Shown piece by piece: positions 1 through 13,200 of a stretch of 64,000 nt of DNA (positions are counted from its first letter, which is position 1; every line of letters begins with the position of its first letter). The translations under genes and the position numbers were made by a program. The notes under the pieces are model-generated. The model was not told where the DNA came from and made no database searches. It saw nothing but the letters and a program-made list of their open reading frames with translations. Source of the stretch: Thalia democratica (taxonomy: Eukaryota); the NCBI GenBank assembly GCA_965202585.1, contig OZ241828.1, forward strand, positions 23,188,001 through 23,252,000, in the 5' to 3' direction.

Positions 1-1197
1 TGTAAAATAATAAAAAAATGATTGATTGTAACCGAACACGTCAAATAAATCACAAGCACTAAAGTTTCTTGTTTTTGTAACTAGCATCAAAAGCGCGTTG
101 TAAATTCTTTGGAATTCGTGTTTTTGGTAATAGTTGAAAAACTTGTTTTCAGTGAATTTTTAATAGTCAGAGCCTGTGCAATGGTCTTAATCTATGAAAG
201 CGTCAGAAACAATATTTTTTTAAATTTATTTTTATGCTTATGCAAAAACAAACTATTTTTTTGTTTTTATTTATGTTTACAAGATATTAACATTTGATAT
301 ACTGACAAGTTTAAATACAATTAACCACAAATTAGACTGTTCTTGTATTTATACACTTTATTGTACTTGTTAAAAAGATTTTACTTTTTTTTAAACTTTT
401 ATTTAAGTCTACAAAACATATAAAAGATTAATTATGAAATTATTTTACCAAAAATTTAATAAAAAGCATATTTTTAGAGATTAAACTTTGTGTCGCAAAA
501 ATACATCTGCTAAGAAATATAATAAATAAAAAATAGAAATATGTATATAAATTTTTTGAAACATTTTATTGCAGACTACATCAGTTTAATATCGGTATTC
601 GAAATTCGCATGTAATAGGCAATTGGGCTACAATAAATAGATTAGAGACCACATATAACATCGGAATTCATTCAAAGTACTGTTTGATCAGCTGTAGAAA
701 TTTAACATTCGAACGTTCGTAGAGTTTAAAAATACCAGGGCAAAGTTAAAAGTTTTAAATAAGTTCGTTTTGAAGTGCTTACGTAATACAACAAGTATTG
801 ACCACTTAACTTACTGTTGAACTTGTTTGAAAATTAAAAATCTAAAACAACTTCTTGCAGAACTATTTTATAGAGTATTTTTTTTAATACGTTAGTCTTT
901 GTATTATATGAAACATCACAAAAAGAAAAATGATGCAGTAAAAAAGGCTAATTGAAAATAATTAGCCTACAAAATATTTCATTTGTATTCTTTCTACTTA
1001 AACTAGCTACTTCAAAGCTAGTTGTTATTATAAGATTTTTTTCAGACTTTTTGCTAACAATTTTAAATCATACAACTCTTAAGCTCGCCGTTTAAGTTTT
1101 ATTTTAAATAAGGATACGTAAATAAACCTATAAACATTAAAAACTAACAATTATTTTCAAATTTACAACTTTTTTAATTTTAGTATTAAAAACTTAC

Positions 1198-1295
1198 TTC
1201 AGGTTTAAGTTCGTCCTTGTCAAGCTGGGATAGGTCCACACCGTTGGGTTTAATGTGGTCCATGGCGACCGTGAACTTTCTGGTGGCCCGCATGT
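1198..1295 (-). CDS. Gene A exon 6 (DMRATRKFTVAMDHIKPNGVDLSQLDKDELKPE); possible SEA-like domain start (tentative)
   Basis: CAG acceptor, GTAAGT donor, phase 1-0, in frame with the Sushi exon. The domain call is only a resemblance. Confidence 0.8.
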
Positions 1296-4200
1296 CTGTT
1301 GTCAAGCAAATTTGGTTGCTATGGTGATAAAACAAGAACAAAAATGTTCAATTTTTTAAATTTTTGTCCATTGCTTTTAGTTATTTTAATTTTTGCAAAT
1401 AGCAACTGTATATTTTATTCCATTGAGAAGACAATACTATTTAAATATCTATTAATTATATATCAATTTTTTTACGGAGTAAAAAAACATTTTTAACTTA
1501 AAACACTTTAAGTTTAGTGCTCAGCCTTCGAAAAGTAACTTAAATACCAATAAAGTTATAATAGTAAAAAACTATTCGATATAAATTTATTCGCTTGCGT
1601 AGATAATTGATTTAGCTACGAAAAAGTGACCGTTCAGACTTTCAAATTGATTTGCTATATATTAAAAACTTTATAAAAAACACTGTTTGAAATTTTTTAG
1701 AATTTATTTTAGTTTTATTAAAATTTAACGGTGCTTTAATTTGTATTAAGGCCGCGTGCCCTTTACAGCTATGATTTATTGAATATATTTCGAATTTGTC
1801 TGAAAATTATTCAACTTAATGGAAATTAGACGATTTATATCATCGTTACCATGGAAAATGTTTATATGAAAAAGAGTTCTACAATTTTTCTACAAAGAAT
1901 TTTTTAGCATTTAAGAGTTATATTGAAATTAAATAATGAAATATTCCTACCATAAGGTTATGTAAGTTTAGTGGTAAAAGAATTAGTTGATTACATACTG
2001 TATTCAAAATATGACAATCCTAAATTGCTTTTAAAATTAATATAACTAATAAAGTCTTATACTTTTAAAGCCGCTCTGTTAAAGATAAAAAACTCTACTA
2101 TATAAAAATATTAATATAGTATAAAGTCCATGTTACATAAAACCAATTGTTTTCAGCTTCAAATCACACGCATCTAAAACTCAGAAACGGTCAAAGTTCC
2201 GCAACATTTACAACAGAAAAGTGCCAATATAGTATTATCCTTTTAAAATATTACTACATTTTCTAAAACATTTCAAACTTACTTTAACTGAAATTATGTT
2301 CAACTAAAGTGAAAATACTGACTACATTACGTAAAAACGTTTTTTAGGTTCAAATGACACACATAGCACTCAGAACAATTCAATATTACGCAACAATTAT
2401 AACTGAAAGCGCAATTAATTCCAGTATTCCACACAATTTAATCCTCACCATATACGCGATGTTAACAATCGGCTTTTGTGTTTACTGTCCGCGGGGCTTA
2501 ACACAAAACACGGTTTATTTTCAATTTATTTGATTTCTTTAAAGGCGCGTTGGCCCGCAAAGAATGTTCAAGTTATAAAAAGCCTGATTGATTTTTCGAG
2601 TGTGGTGCGATTTTTCTTATTGGTGTTTACGCTGTGTTTTAACCAGAACACGAAAAAAGTGATTTAAATTACTTTTCTGAGGTTTTGTTTGAGCAAAGGG
2701 TAAGACATTGCTGTGTAAATAGAAAATTAAGCTGGGTGTAATTACTTTTTAACAATTTTATAGTTATTCTTTGATTTAATTACCAGCAGTAGTTGAAATG
2801 TTTTATGCAGTTAGTCTATGTATAGTTGTTTTTTAGGCCCCAAAAATAGGCGATTGTATATATTAAACTCTGTGAAATACTTTAAATCTCTATTCATATT
2901 TGTAAACAGGGAAACATAGTGAGATATCTAGATTTTAGAGCGGAGGGTTCAAGGTAAAACTTTGTGCACAGTAATTAGTAAACACTGCTCTTATTGTTTC
3001 TTGATTTTTTCATCGGCACATTCTACAAGACACCTCGTAGTCAAAAGTAGTTTTGAAAGTAAATTGTAATCAAAATTAAAAATTTTATAAACAGTTTCGA
3101 AATTAGTCAAAACTTCCAAAGCACAATAAAGTCATTTTGAAGCATTCTTCTTTCCGCAGTTAGATGAACACTGGATTGAGCTACAAATGTAAAAACAAAT
3201 TCAGTGGCTTAATGCGTTTGTGTTAGCTTTTTAGTGAAACTTTAAAGTCATACAGTACACAAAAATGTAATTGTAATTTTTTGGGTTCAAAATAGTTTTG
3301 GTCTAAGTCTGTAACTGAATTTGTTACCAACTCTCAATTTAAAAATAAAAAATAAATTTTGAAGTTTTTTAGTAGGAAACAAATAAAAAAGTTTTTGCAT
3401 AACATTTTATTCATTAAAATCTTTAAGTTTAATATTAACATTTTAGCTGTTCAAAATAAATATATAAAATTGATTTATTATTAATTTCAACCACATTTAC
3501 GTAACACATTTAAACTTTTAATAAGTGTATAAAAAACAAGATTAAATCAAAAAGCTTTCTAATTTATTTTCCAAGTATTCACTTTTCCAAATGTTGAAAA
3601 TTTGTTTTTTTTTTTCAGTTAAACCGCAAAGACGTAGGTTCAGAACATCAAAAAATATAACAAAACTTTATTAAATTCATGAAAGCTGACATTATCTTGA
3701 AATATAAGTTTAGAAAGTATTAAACTTTAAAATGTTTAAGTGGTTTATATTTAGCAGTATTTCGTAATATATATATTTTTGGAGTTTTACAGGTAGTTAG
3801 ATGTAATTTTTAGCAATTTTCTATATTAAAAAAATGTCTATTTCTTTCAATACTTTTATTCGTAGCAACTTATGTGATAGAAAACTAACGTTTAAGGTAA
3901 TAGAAAACCCAGTATGTACATGGTTTCTTAAACGTGTTTAAGACTTAAAAGTTTGAAATATGTATCGCCCTTATAAACTGATAAAACGTGTGGTAACTTC
4001 AAAACTTTTGATAGTTTTACAACGAAATCTACTTATAAGTTCATTTTTGTTAACTACAACTGATTGAAAACAATATTTTTCTTATACGCTTTTTAGATCT
4101 TGCGTTTGCTACTGTAAACGCAAACATTAGTTCTAAATGTTGCATAATTGCCAAAATAATACTATTTCAATGCCTTCTTTATTTAACAATCTCCTAAGGT

Positions 4201-7200
4201 ATTTTTACAGTTTAAAAATAAAATTATGCTAAAAGAAAAAATGTAAACTTCTTAAAACCTCAAACCATTACTAACTAGTATTAGTAAACAAACTTTACCA
4301 AGAAGTACACGTTTTTACGGTTTTAACTTTCTTAAACTAGAAGAAATTTCTATATCAGAAGGTTACGTAAATAAGTCATAGCCACAATTTTTTTAGTTCT
4401 ACAGGTTTATGAGTAACCTTAATGACTGCAAAACTTTTTTTTAACACTAAAAAGTAAAATTTAAACGCAGCTTTACCCGGAACTCATAAGGTATTATCGT
4501 TGTCAAGATATCTTTACAACTAACCAACTAGCCCTTCGATTTCGAACAAGAATATCTAACTCAAAGAATTATTTAGTTAATCGTTTAGAACATTTAGTTT
4601 CTAACAAAATCCGTGTAAAATCAATGTAAAAAAAACTAACCAAAGTTACCAATAAAACTGTATGAAACTCTCATGAAATCTCAAACTTAATCAACAATAA
4701 CGCATATACAATATCTTGTTTTTCAATATATTTACTAACCGATGCACTCTTTAACTTCGAAGTCCCACGCGTACTCGTAATAATCAGGCTCGTACAAGCA
4801 CTCGATCTTCTGTGACGTCACAGAAGGTGACAGTTCCAACCCTTCCTTGCATTTCAACAGTATGTGGAACGACCAACCGAGCATGTTGGAAGCAGTGTTG
4901 CTGAACACAGTCTCAATTGTGGTTCTGCTGAAACTCGGGGGTTCGCCACAAGGTGACTCTGTTGAGTGGTGAAAATTGATTAATTTAAAACGGAGAGGTG
5001 ATATTTACGTGTAGTTAACGACGTATATCTAATCATTTAGTGTAATTTATAAAATAGTTTATTATATGAACACAGTCTCGTATGTTGTTCTGCTGAAACT
5101 TCTAACTTGTACGTCTTATCACGTGATTTTATAAAAAAAAGACTTCTTAAAAACTTAAAGCCACTGTAGCATATTTCCTAAAGCAAAACACGGTATTTGT
5201 AAAGCTATTAAAGTGCAAGTACACTCATCAAGTTACTCAAAGTATGAAACATTAAGCGCATAATCTTGACCTGCGCTAATTTAATGTTAGCTTTTATCAC
5301 TACTAACATCAAAATAATCACGTGTTTAAATAAAAGTTCAGTCCATTAGGTGGATCCAGCGAGCAAGAAACATGTTAACTCTTCCGATCGAGTTATAGAT
5401 CAATTCGTTTTTGATGGTATTTTAAATAAAACACTTTCGAGGTTTGTTTAGGTATAAACAAAGTTTTTGCGATTTGAAATAAGTTGAACTTTTTGGTTGT
5501 AAATAATTGATCACCGTTTGGTAAAGTATTATTGAAATGAATGAAATGGTTTAAATTCGTTTAAACTTGACTCTTAGTGAGCATATTTTCATCGACGTTG
5601 TTTAAAACAATCTTAGCTGATTTTTAATAAAATATCAATATTAAACAACTTAGTTAAGTGATGTTTACAGAAACCTGACTTGCGTAGGTTAATAAATACA
5701 AATAAGTTTTTGTTTTCTTAAATTAATGTTTTAAATATGCTATCAATAATTTTTTATAACTAGTTTGGTTGATGTTTTGATTTGAACTGAACATATTTAT
5801 CGATTTTACCGCATTACTTATCTTATTTAGCAAAGTTGTCTCGTTGAGTGAAGTAAACTGAATGATTTTGAATTTAACTTCGTTTGTTTTGGTTATTAAT
5901 ATTTATAAACAGTTGCGTTTTTTTAAGCTGTTGGTGCAAATATTTTATACTTCCGAAAAGTTTTACGTAGTTGAAGAGTAATTTTGTTTCAACTACAAAC
6001 TCTAGTGCGTTTAAAATGATTTAAACTTTTAGTTTTGAAAAGTATCAAATAAATGTTATATTTAGTTAACTATTTCACTGTTAATGTAAGCAACTACTTT
6101 AAAACATACTACTTGGTCCTTACTCTAGTACTTTCGCAAAATAGTACTAAAGCAATATTCATTAGAATTCTAAGTAACTTGAGTGAAAGATTTTTATAAA
6201 CAAACAAAAAAGCTATGGTAAAAAAACCTTTTGACTAAGTCATTTAAGCTTTTTAAACCTTAAATACTAAGTTCAATATAAGGCCAGTCAATGCAAAAGT
6301 TCTAATTAGCTTGACGATCAATAGCAAACTTAGTGTTATTTACAGGTACTTAAAACTGCTATAATACGCTTAAAAAGCTACTTACTGCATACTTTCGTTA
6401 AGGTGTGTTGGTCACTTTAAAATTTTGCAGATTGTAGATAAGTTAAATTTTTATACGCTTGATGCTAATTAGCGTATGTTTACCATGGTTCAAAGCTATA
6501 ACCTTGAAACTAAATTAAATCCTGTTACTTGCTACAAAGACTAATATTCCAGAGCAAATCTTGAAACACAGCTTAGATGTGTTGGTCACTTTGTTTAGAT
6601 TTCCTGATAAGAGATAATCACACTTACACTGCTAATTAGCTCAATATTTACACAAAACACCTACAAATTCAATATTTTCCAAGTTGTAGCAACGCCTATA
6701 ATTTATCATTTAAATTTTAAAGGTGTGTTTCCCATAAGCGCACTGGGTATCACGAGAAAACTGAATTTGTGACAAAATTGGCTCGTGACTTTCCTGACAC
6801 GACTTTGCAGGTGATTTATAAAATTTTTCGTGAACTCCAGTAAACACGGGAAAACCTGATTTCTTACTACAGTGATTAATGAGTGCTGTGCCTAATAGTG
6901 CCAAAAACAAAAACTTGTAAGCTTTGCAGAATAATACTATTAAACTTTACAAGTAGGTTTTTATAACAAGAACTATAGTTGGGTAAACATTATTTAAAAA
7001 AAATAACTACACTTTATGAATAGAAAACATAAATCTTGTACTTTTGCGCTATCTATAACATACTTATACCTTAAAGCCAATAGTTTTTTTTTTCTATGTT
7101 GAGTATATACATAACTATGAAAAGCTTTAAAAATAAAAACAAAACTACAGAAAAAAGTAAATATAAACGAAAATATTACGAACCGAAACTGTAACACTCG

Positions 7201-10200
7201 AGTGGGTTTGAAACATCAAAAATGTGCTGCCCACGGACCGAAGACCCAGTGGAAGTTTCGGCGACTGTCCAGACCTGAGAATTTTTTTTTACTAATCAAT
7301 GTTTTTATAAGATAAATAAAATATTTCAGTATTAAATTTTAAGTGTTTAAATTTGTACAAAAACAGTAATGTAACAGACATACTGAAAGGTAGAATGCTA
7401 CTTTACATTTTAAAAAAATATTGGAAGCACTGTAATTTGTTAAAATTTTAAGTTTTAAATTTTATTTGATCTCAATTTAATAAAGCTTCATGAAAGCAAA
7501 GCTGCAATGTCAGTTCAAATTACTGAATTATGATTGATAGCTACTTTTGTAGAAATTTCAGACATTCTATATTGTGGGTTCCTTTAACATGTGTTTTAAG
7601 AGCACAAAGCGAAGTTTAAAAGCTGCAATTTGCTGAAGTGTTGTTTGCATACAAAAGAAGTAGCACAAATGTGTGCGGCTAACGACAGATTAAACTGCAG
7701 TTTACACCTCTCAGAAACGGAAGCACTTATGGTAGCAGATGTGACAATTTCGAAAACGACCATTCTACCGCAGTACAACAAGAAGTGTTGTTTGAAGACA
7801 AAACAATATACCAAAGCTACCCATATAAAGACGTATTAAGTAGCAATTTGCACATTTTAGAACAAGTTGAACAGAAACAGATGTGACAATTCCGAAATCG
7901 ACCGTTTTAGCACACATTTTAATGAGCGTGTAATGACATAACAAACACTTTCAAAAGTGCAAATATTCACTGGAACCGCAAGACTGTTAGAAGCAATTGT
8001 AACTGGAGACGCTGTTTTAATTTGCAGTCTTTTTGTGGCTTTTTAGTATTTTGCCATCGCGCGCTGAAATACGTGATCTTTTTTGCTGCATTTTTCTGCA
8101 AGATGAAAATATTTTCAAGCGGTTTTTGCGCCCAAAACAATACGTCACGAAGAATTTTTGGTTTTCGATTGCATAAGGTTTTTTTTTCGGAAGTGTGTCA
8201 TTGAATTAATTACTAAAAGTTAAGATATTTCTAACCGCAAACCTATTGCATAACAACTAATATTTTAACATTAATAAATTTCACTTTGACTTTTTGGCTA
8301 TAGCTCTAAGTAATATTAATTAAACATAATCATACACTATTAGTCATAATGAAAACTCTGCACCCATTTTAGAACGTTGCAAATAAAAAATGCTTATATC
8401 CACAATTGGTTGTAATTTGTTGGACCCTAAAAAAATAGATACTACTTCATAAATGACAAATTAATGTATTTAATATTTTTTTAAAGAAAAAAAAACAGAA
8501 AGTTATTTAGTAGTACTGTTACAAAAAATTCTAAAAAAACCTAGACTTACAAATTGATCAAAAAAGTGAAAAGAAAGTTGTAAATTAAAAGCACTTATGT
8601 GTGTATGCCAGCGTTTAACCAGAGAGAAAGCTTCAACTTTCCAAGAAAAAGTAGTATAACGCCACAGATTTTGGAAAGTTGTTTTACTTGTAATACTTCT
8701 TGTTTCTCATAATAATTGTGCTCACAACTTGCTTTCTCAATAACACGACGTTTAATTTCTATCCAAGCAATTATTACCACTTTTTTATGAAAAAAGGAGT
8801 TTCCAATTTCTCTTACTTTTACTTGCTTTTTAAGCATTGTTAAACTTATCCTCTAAATAAAATTGAAAGGTTTTAATTCATGTTAACGTGTACACTTTTG
8901 AAAAACTAAATATTGTGTTTTAATGTTTTCAATTACTACATTTCACGGCTTTAAATGTCTTAAAGGAAACCAAAACATAAGTTTTTTTCAAATTGAGAAA
9001 CAGCTGTTTTTAGTATAAGTGCAAATACAAAACGTTTCAGTTTTATTTTGGTAATTGAGTAAGTATTACCTTTAGCTATATGTATTCAAAGTCATAAGAG
9101 TTGCTATTGAGAAAAGTTATTTAAATGTTTACAAAATAGTTTCGCTATCAAATAGCAATCTTTGTAAAACTTTCAGCGTTTTCATATAACCTACGGGTAT
9201 TCATACATTAGTTTAAAAACACTTAAAAAAAAACTTTGAATGTTCAATAGTCAAATAAGTGTTAATGTTTGTAGTTTTTAAACATTTGTAGAAAAAATAA
9301 CAGAGTGTTTTAGAAACAAATCTATTGATAGTTAAAATTAGAACACCTGTTTTTAAAAAAGTAGTACATTAAGATTATTTGTGAATTTAAATAACTTTCA
9401 AAAACAATTTAACTATACTACGCAACTTTATAAATTTTAAACACGGAATAACTCTGGGTAAGGAGACAGTTACACCACGGATTTTTAAACTTAAAATTTA
9501 TTCTCAATTTATTTTTTATAATTGACATAATCTTTTTACAGCCGAATTTTATGGTTTTTCGTGTTACCCTGTCAAACAAACGAACTTACATTTATTTCAT
9601 GAAACGTTCTCTAAAACGTTTTTTTTACCAATATTTAGTGATTAACGTTTTCAAAACACGAATTTTTTACATTTAGGAAAACGTTTTGCCTAAAGTAAAG
9701 CTTATATACCCTTTCTATCAATTATTTTTGCAGGCGTTTTCTAAACATGAACTTAATGATCTTGCGTAATATTTCAGTTTATATATACTGCTTGGAATTT
9801 TTTTCAGATAATCATTTTATGGTTTCTTTGTCTAACTTTACAAGGCTTGAAATTTAAATTTTACGTAAAGTTTGAAAAGTTTGGTTGAACTTAGTGTTTC
9901 GTTGAAAAAACTAAGCGTTTTAATTATTATTTAAAAAAGTAAAATTTGAAACCCTAATCTGTAATGATATTTTAGTTTTAATTATGTAAGATAAGGCACC
10001 TTGACCTCAAAAATTAAAAGAAAACTCTCTTTTTGAATGAGCAGCCACAGATACAAGTTTTATTATATATTTAATTTTTTGTTTCGGTCAACTAATCATT
10101 TATCGAATCAATACATACCCTAAACACATTTTCCAAATATTAGTTTTATCTTTTTCTTTTTCATTTTATATTTTCGTTTGTTTAACAAAATACTGTATCG

Positions 10201-13200
10201 ATATGCATTTGAAATGAACAATTTCTAAATAAGAAAAAATTTCAAATGTTATTAAGTTTGGGTAAAACCCACCGAAAAAAATTTATAAACTATAAAAAAA
10301 AAAAAAAATAATTAAAACAACATAAGTCTGTTTTAAATTGATCAAATAATAAAATCAAATTTCAACAAACCATATCAGTGCCCGAATTGGACAACGGCCT
10401 CCCGCACTTTTCCAGTAAGTCCCCGGATGCGAAAATCCCCGCGAATGCGAACTTGTCAACGCCCGACGACGTCCACGTGATGGCGCCGTCGTAGTTGATC
10501 GTGACGTAGGTGCGAGTGACGTCACTGGCGAATACTATTTGGTAGGTGTTAACCTGTATTGAGGAAATTGTTAAATAAAAGCTTGGTGTAATACATAACT
10601 TTATCTTTGTTTTGCTGTTTGTTGACCTAGAGAGAACATAAATTGTAAAACGTATAAAATTGATTGTATTATGTGTTTTGAATATTCTTATAACTGGTAG
10701 GTGTTAGCCCACGAGAAGACTTAAAATTAAAAGCTATGAAACAGATGAATACTTATCTAATGTACTATCATTAAAGTTTAAACTTTGAGTACATAAAAGT
10801 TTTAATTTGGGAAGTTCTGAGTAAACTGCCAAGAAAAAAATTTAATTTTGTATAAAAACGTATTGTTTAATAAGTACGCTTTAGTCATGGAGGTAATTAT
10901 TGGCAAACTAAATATTAAGAGTAAAATCAATCCAATAATTAAAAAAAATTAATCACATAAAAACTTGTTAAAAATAAAAATCATATTTTTAATTTATTAT
11001 ACAGCTATATTTTACTAAAAACCTCTATAATGACAGTATGATTTAAAAAAAAAACAAGAACAAGATTAAGTAAACAGAGAAAAAATTGAAAATTTAAGAA
11101 AAGTTAGTTGGGTACTATTTTTGGAAAAACACAAGTCTTAACAAATTTTCTAAGTTAAACTTAAGTTTTTAGATATAGTTGTAATTAACTTTTAGATTAA
11201 AAGACAAAAAAGATTATATAAAAAAGTTTGGCAAGTGGTTAACAAAATAATTTAGAAAGTAAACCTCATACCATTTTTATGGTAAAAATTGATGACTTGG
11301 TATAATTTACACTTTCGATATCAAAGTGATAAGAAAACATTTTATATTAAAAAGTCAGTCACAAGGTTTAAAAAAACTTTAAAATGTAAAGTAAAACAAG
11401 CGTGCTTATTGATAAAGTTCTAACTTTTGGTTTCATTTGCGTTGTGAAGATTTAATCGTTTTCAGAGAAAAAGTTTAAAAACATGAACTAATCTTTAAAA
11501 ATAAACATTCTGAAAGCAACACATTTAAAACAAAAATATATTATGTTTATTTGTAAAAATAATAGTGGAGTAGAACAAAACATAATATACTTTAAGAAGC
11601 TAAAAATAATAAACTATTTAAACATCTGTGAGCTTCCGTTATAACAAAAATCCACGGCAACTTACCAGAATTAAATTAAAATGTGTAACTATTCAATTAA
11701 CACAATCAATTATGCATGCATTAACATTAATAACTAGTAAATAGACCACGAAAAATAATTTGTTTAACCAACAACAACTAACATATAATATATTGTTTAA
11801 TTTAAAACAGTGTAACTTTAATCAAGTGTAACCGTACCTTTGAAAAAGGCTTAAAAAGCTTTTAGGAGATTTTTAAAATTCAGTATTTGTTATATTATAC
11901 ATCTATAGCTTAAAATGACTTAGCTTTATTGAAAATACTTAAGAAATATGAAGAATTTATTGTGATTTTTATGGTAAGTTCTAGCAATAAAATTGGTCAC
12001 AGTGATTATCAATTTCAATAAAAATGTTTCTACTGTTGAAACTATTACGTGAGAATACTATAATTTAGATTTATCTTTTAGTTTAAAATGTGTTTCAGTT
12101 AACTTAAAAGATAAAATTTTGTTAACTAAATACACTTTTTTATTTAAAAAAGTTCAAACGTTTTTAGAATACCTTATCATTTAAAATCTAGTCTCAGCCC
12201 TTTAAAAAAGACTTTTTAACAATCCTTCAGACAAAGTTTAAAAACTAAAGCATATAAAAAATTTTGTTTACATCTAAGCTAAATGTTAAACACGAATTGA
12301 GTTTGTTTAATGACAAAGGTAGTCGTATTAAACGTCAATTTAAGATTATTAATTTTGAAATTACATTTAATGAATGCTGAATCTTAAGCAGCTTTAGTGA
12401 GCCAAATTGAATCTTAAAAATACAAAAACACCTCAACAAAATTATTTTACACACACAAACTTTACTAGAACCAGTACTTTACTAAAACTATAAATATAGT
12501 ATGATGTAACAGAAGCTAAATTTTTACTACTAGTAACTAACATTTTAGTTTGCTTAAAATTAAACTTAACAAAAATAATTATAATAAACCAGCCAGTTCA
12601 GCAGCACTTAGTTTTTTTTTAAAAATCAAAAAAGTATAAAAACCAAAAAGTCCCCTAAATAAAAACTCACTTTTCCTTGCAAGTAATTGGAGGGCATGTT
12701 GGCCCACGTCGCCACGACGACCACTTTCGATTGGAACCCGTCAACGCCTTGATCCGCCAACACCTGATCAATTGTGACGTCACCACCACTCTGCCGGTAC
12801 CACACGTCACCCCCCACGCCGGGCTCGGCCATGAACGGGGTCATTATGACGTTTGAGGTGAGTGACGTCAGCTTCGAGTTCATCAGCTTGTTGTAACTCA
12901 GTGTGCCGATTGAACTCACCTGTAGGCAATACGTAGTTTAGTTTTAAAGTTTCTGGTCGAAAAGTTTATAAATCAGTAGTTTTGTAAAAAAAGTAAATTT
13001 GTAAAAAACATTATTTTGTTTGTTTATCTATCCAGCTGTAAGCCTAGGTAACTTTAGCATTAAACCAAACTAAAAAGAAAACAGGAAAAGCAAAAAAAAA
13101 TTTGGAAATAACATTAGACAAAGAACATGCCTGTAATAATATTTTTTTTTGAGTTACTAATTTTTTTTATAGTTTAAAACATTTCTAAAATCAAGCAAGA

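Noticed and set aside
109-2667. ORF-track entries at 109, 1299 and 2476
   Set aside because: Low-complexity F/L/I/K-rich translations of AT-rich intron, with no domain motifs or splice support.
4520-4546. Possible ancient echo of the Sushi exon 3' end (same spacing of ttcgaa and ctaacc)
   Set aside because: Only two 6-mers match, which is too weak to call.
6710-8837. ORFs at 6710, 6994, 7596, 7630, 8022 and 8595
   Set aside because: Non-ATG or short, with no recognisable motif. They lie in gene A introns amid degenerate repeats; no transposase or RT motif is visible.
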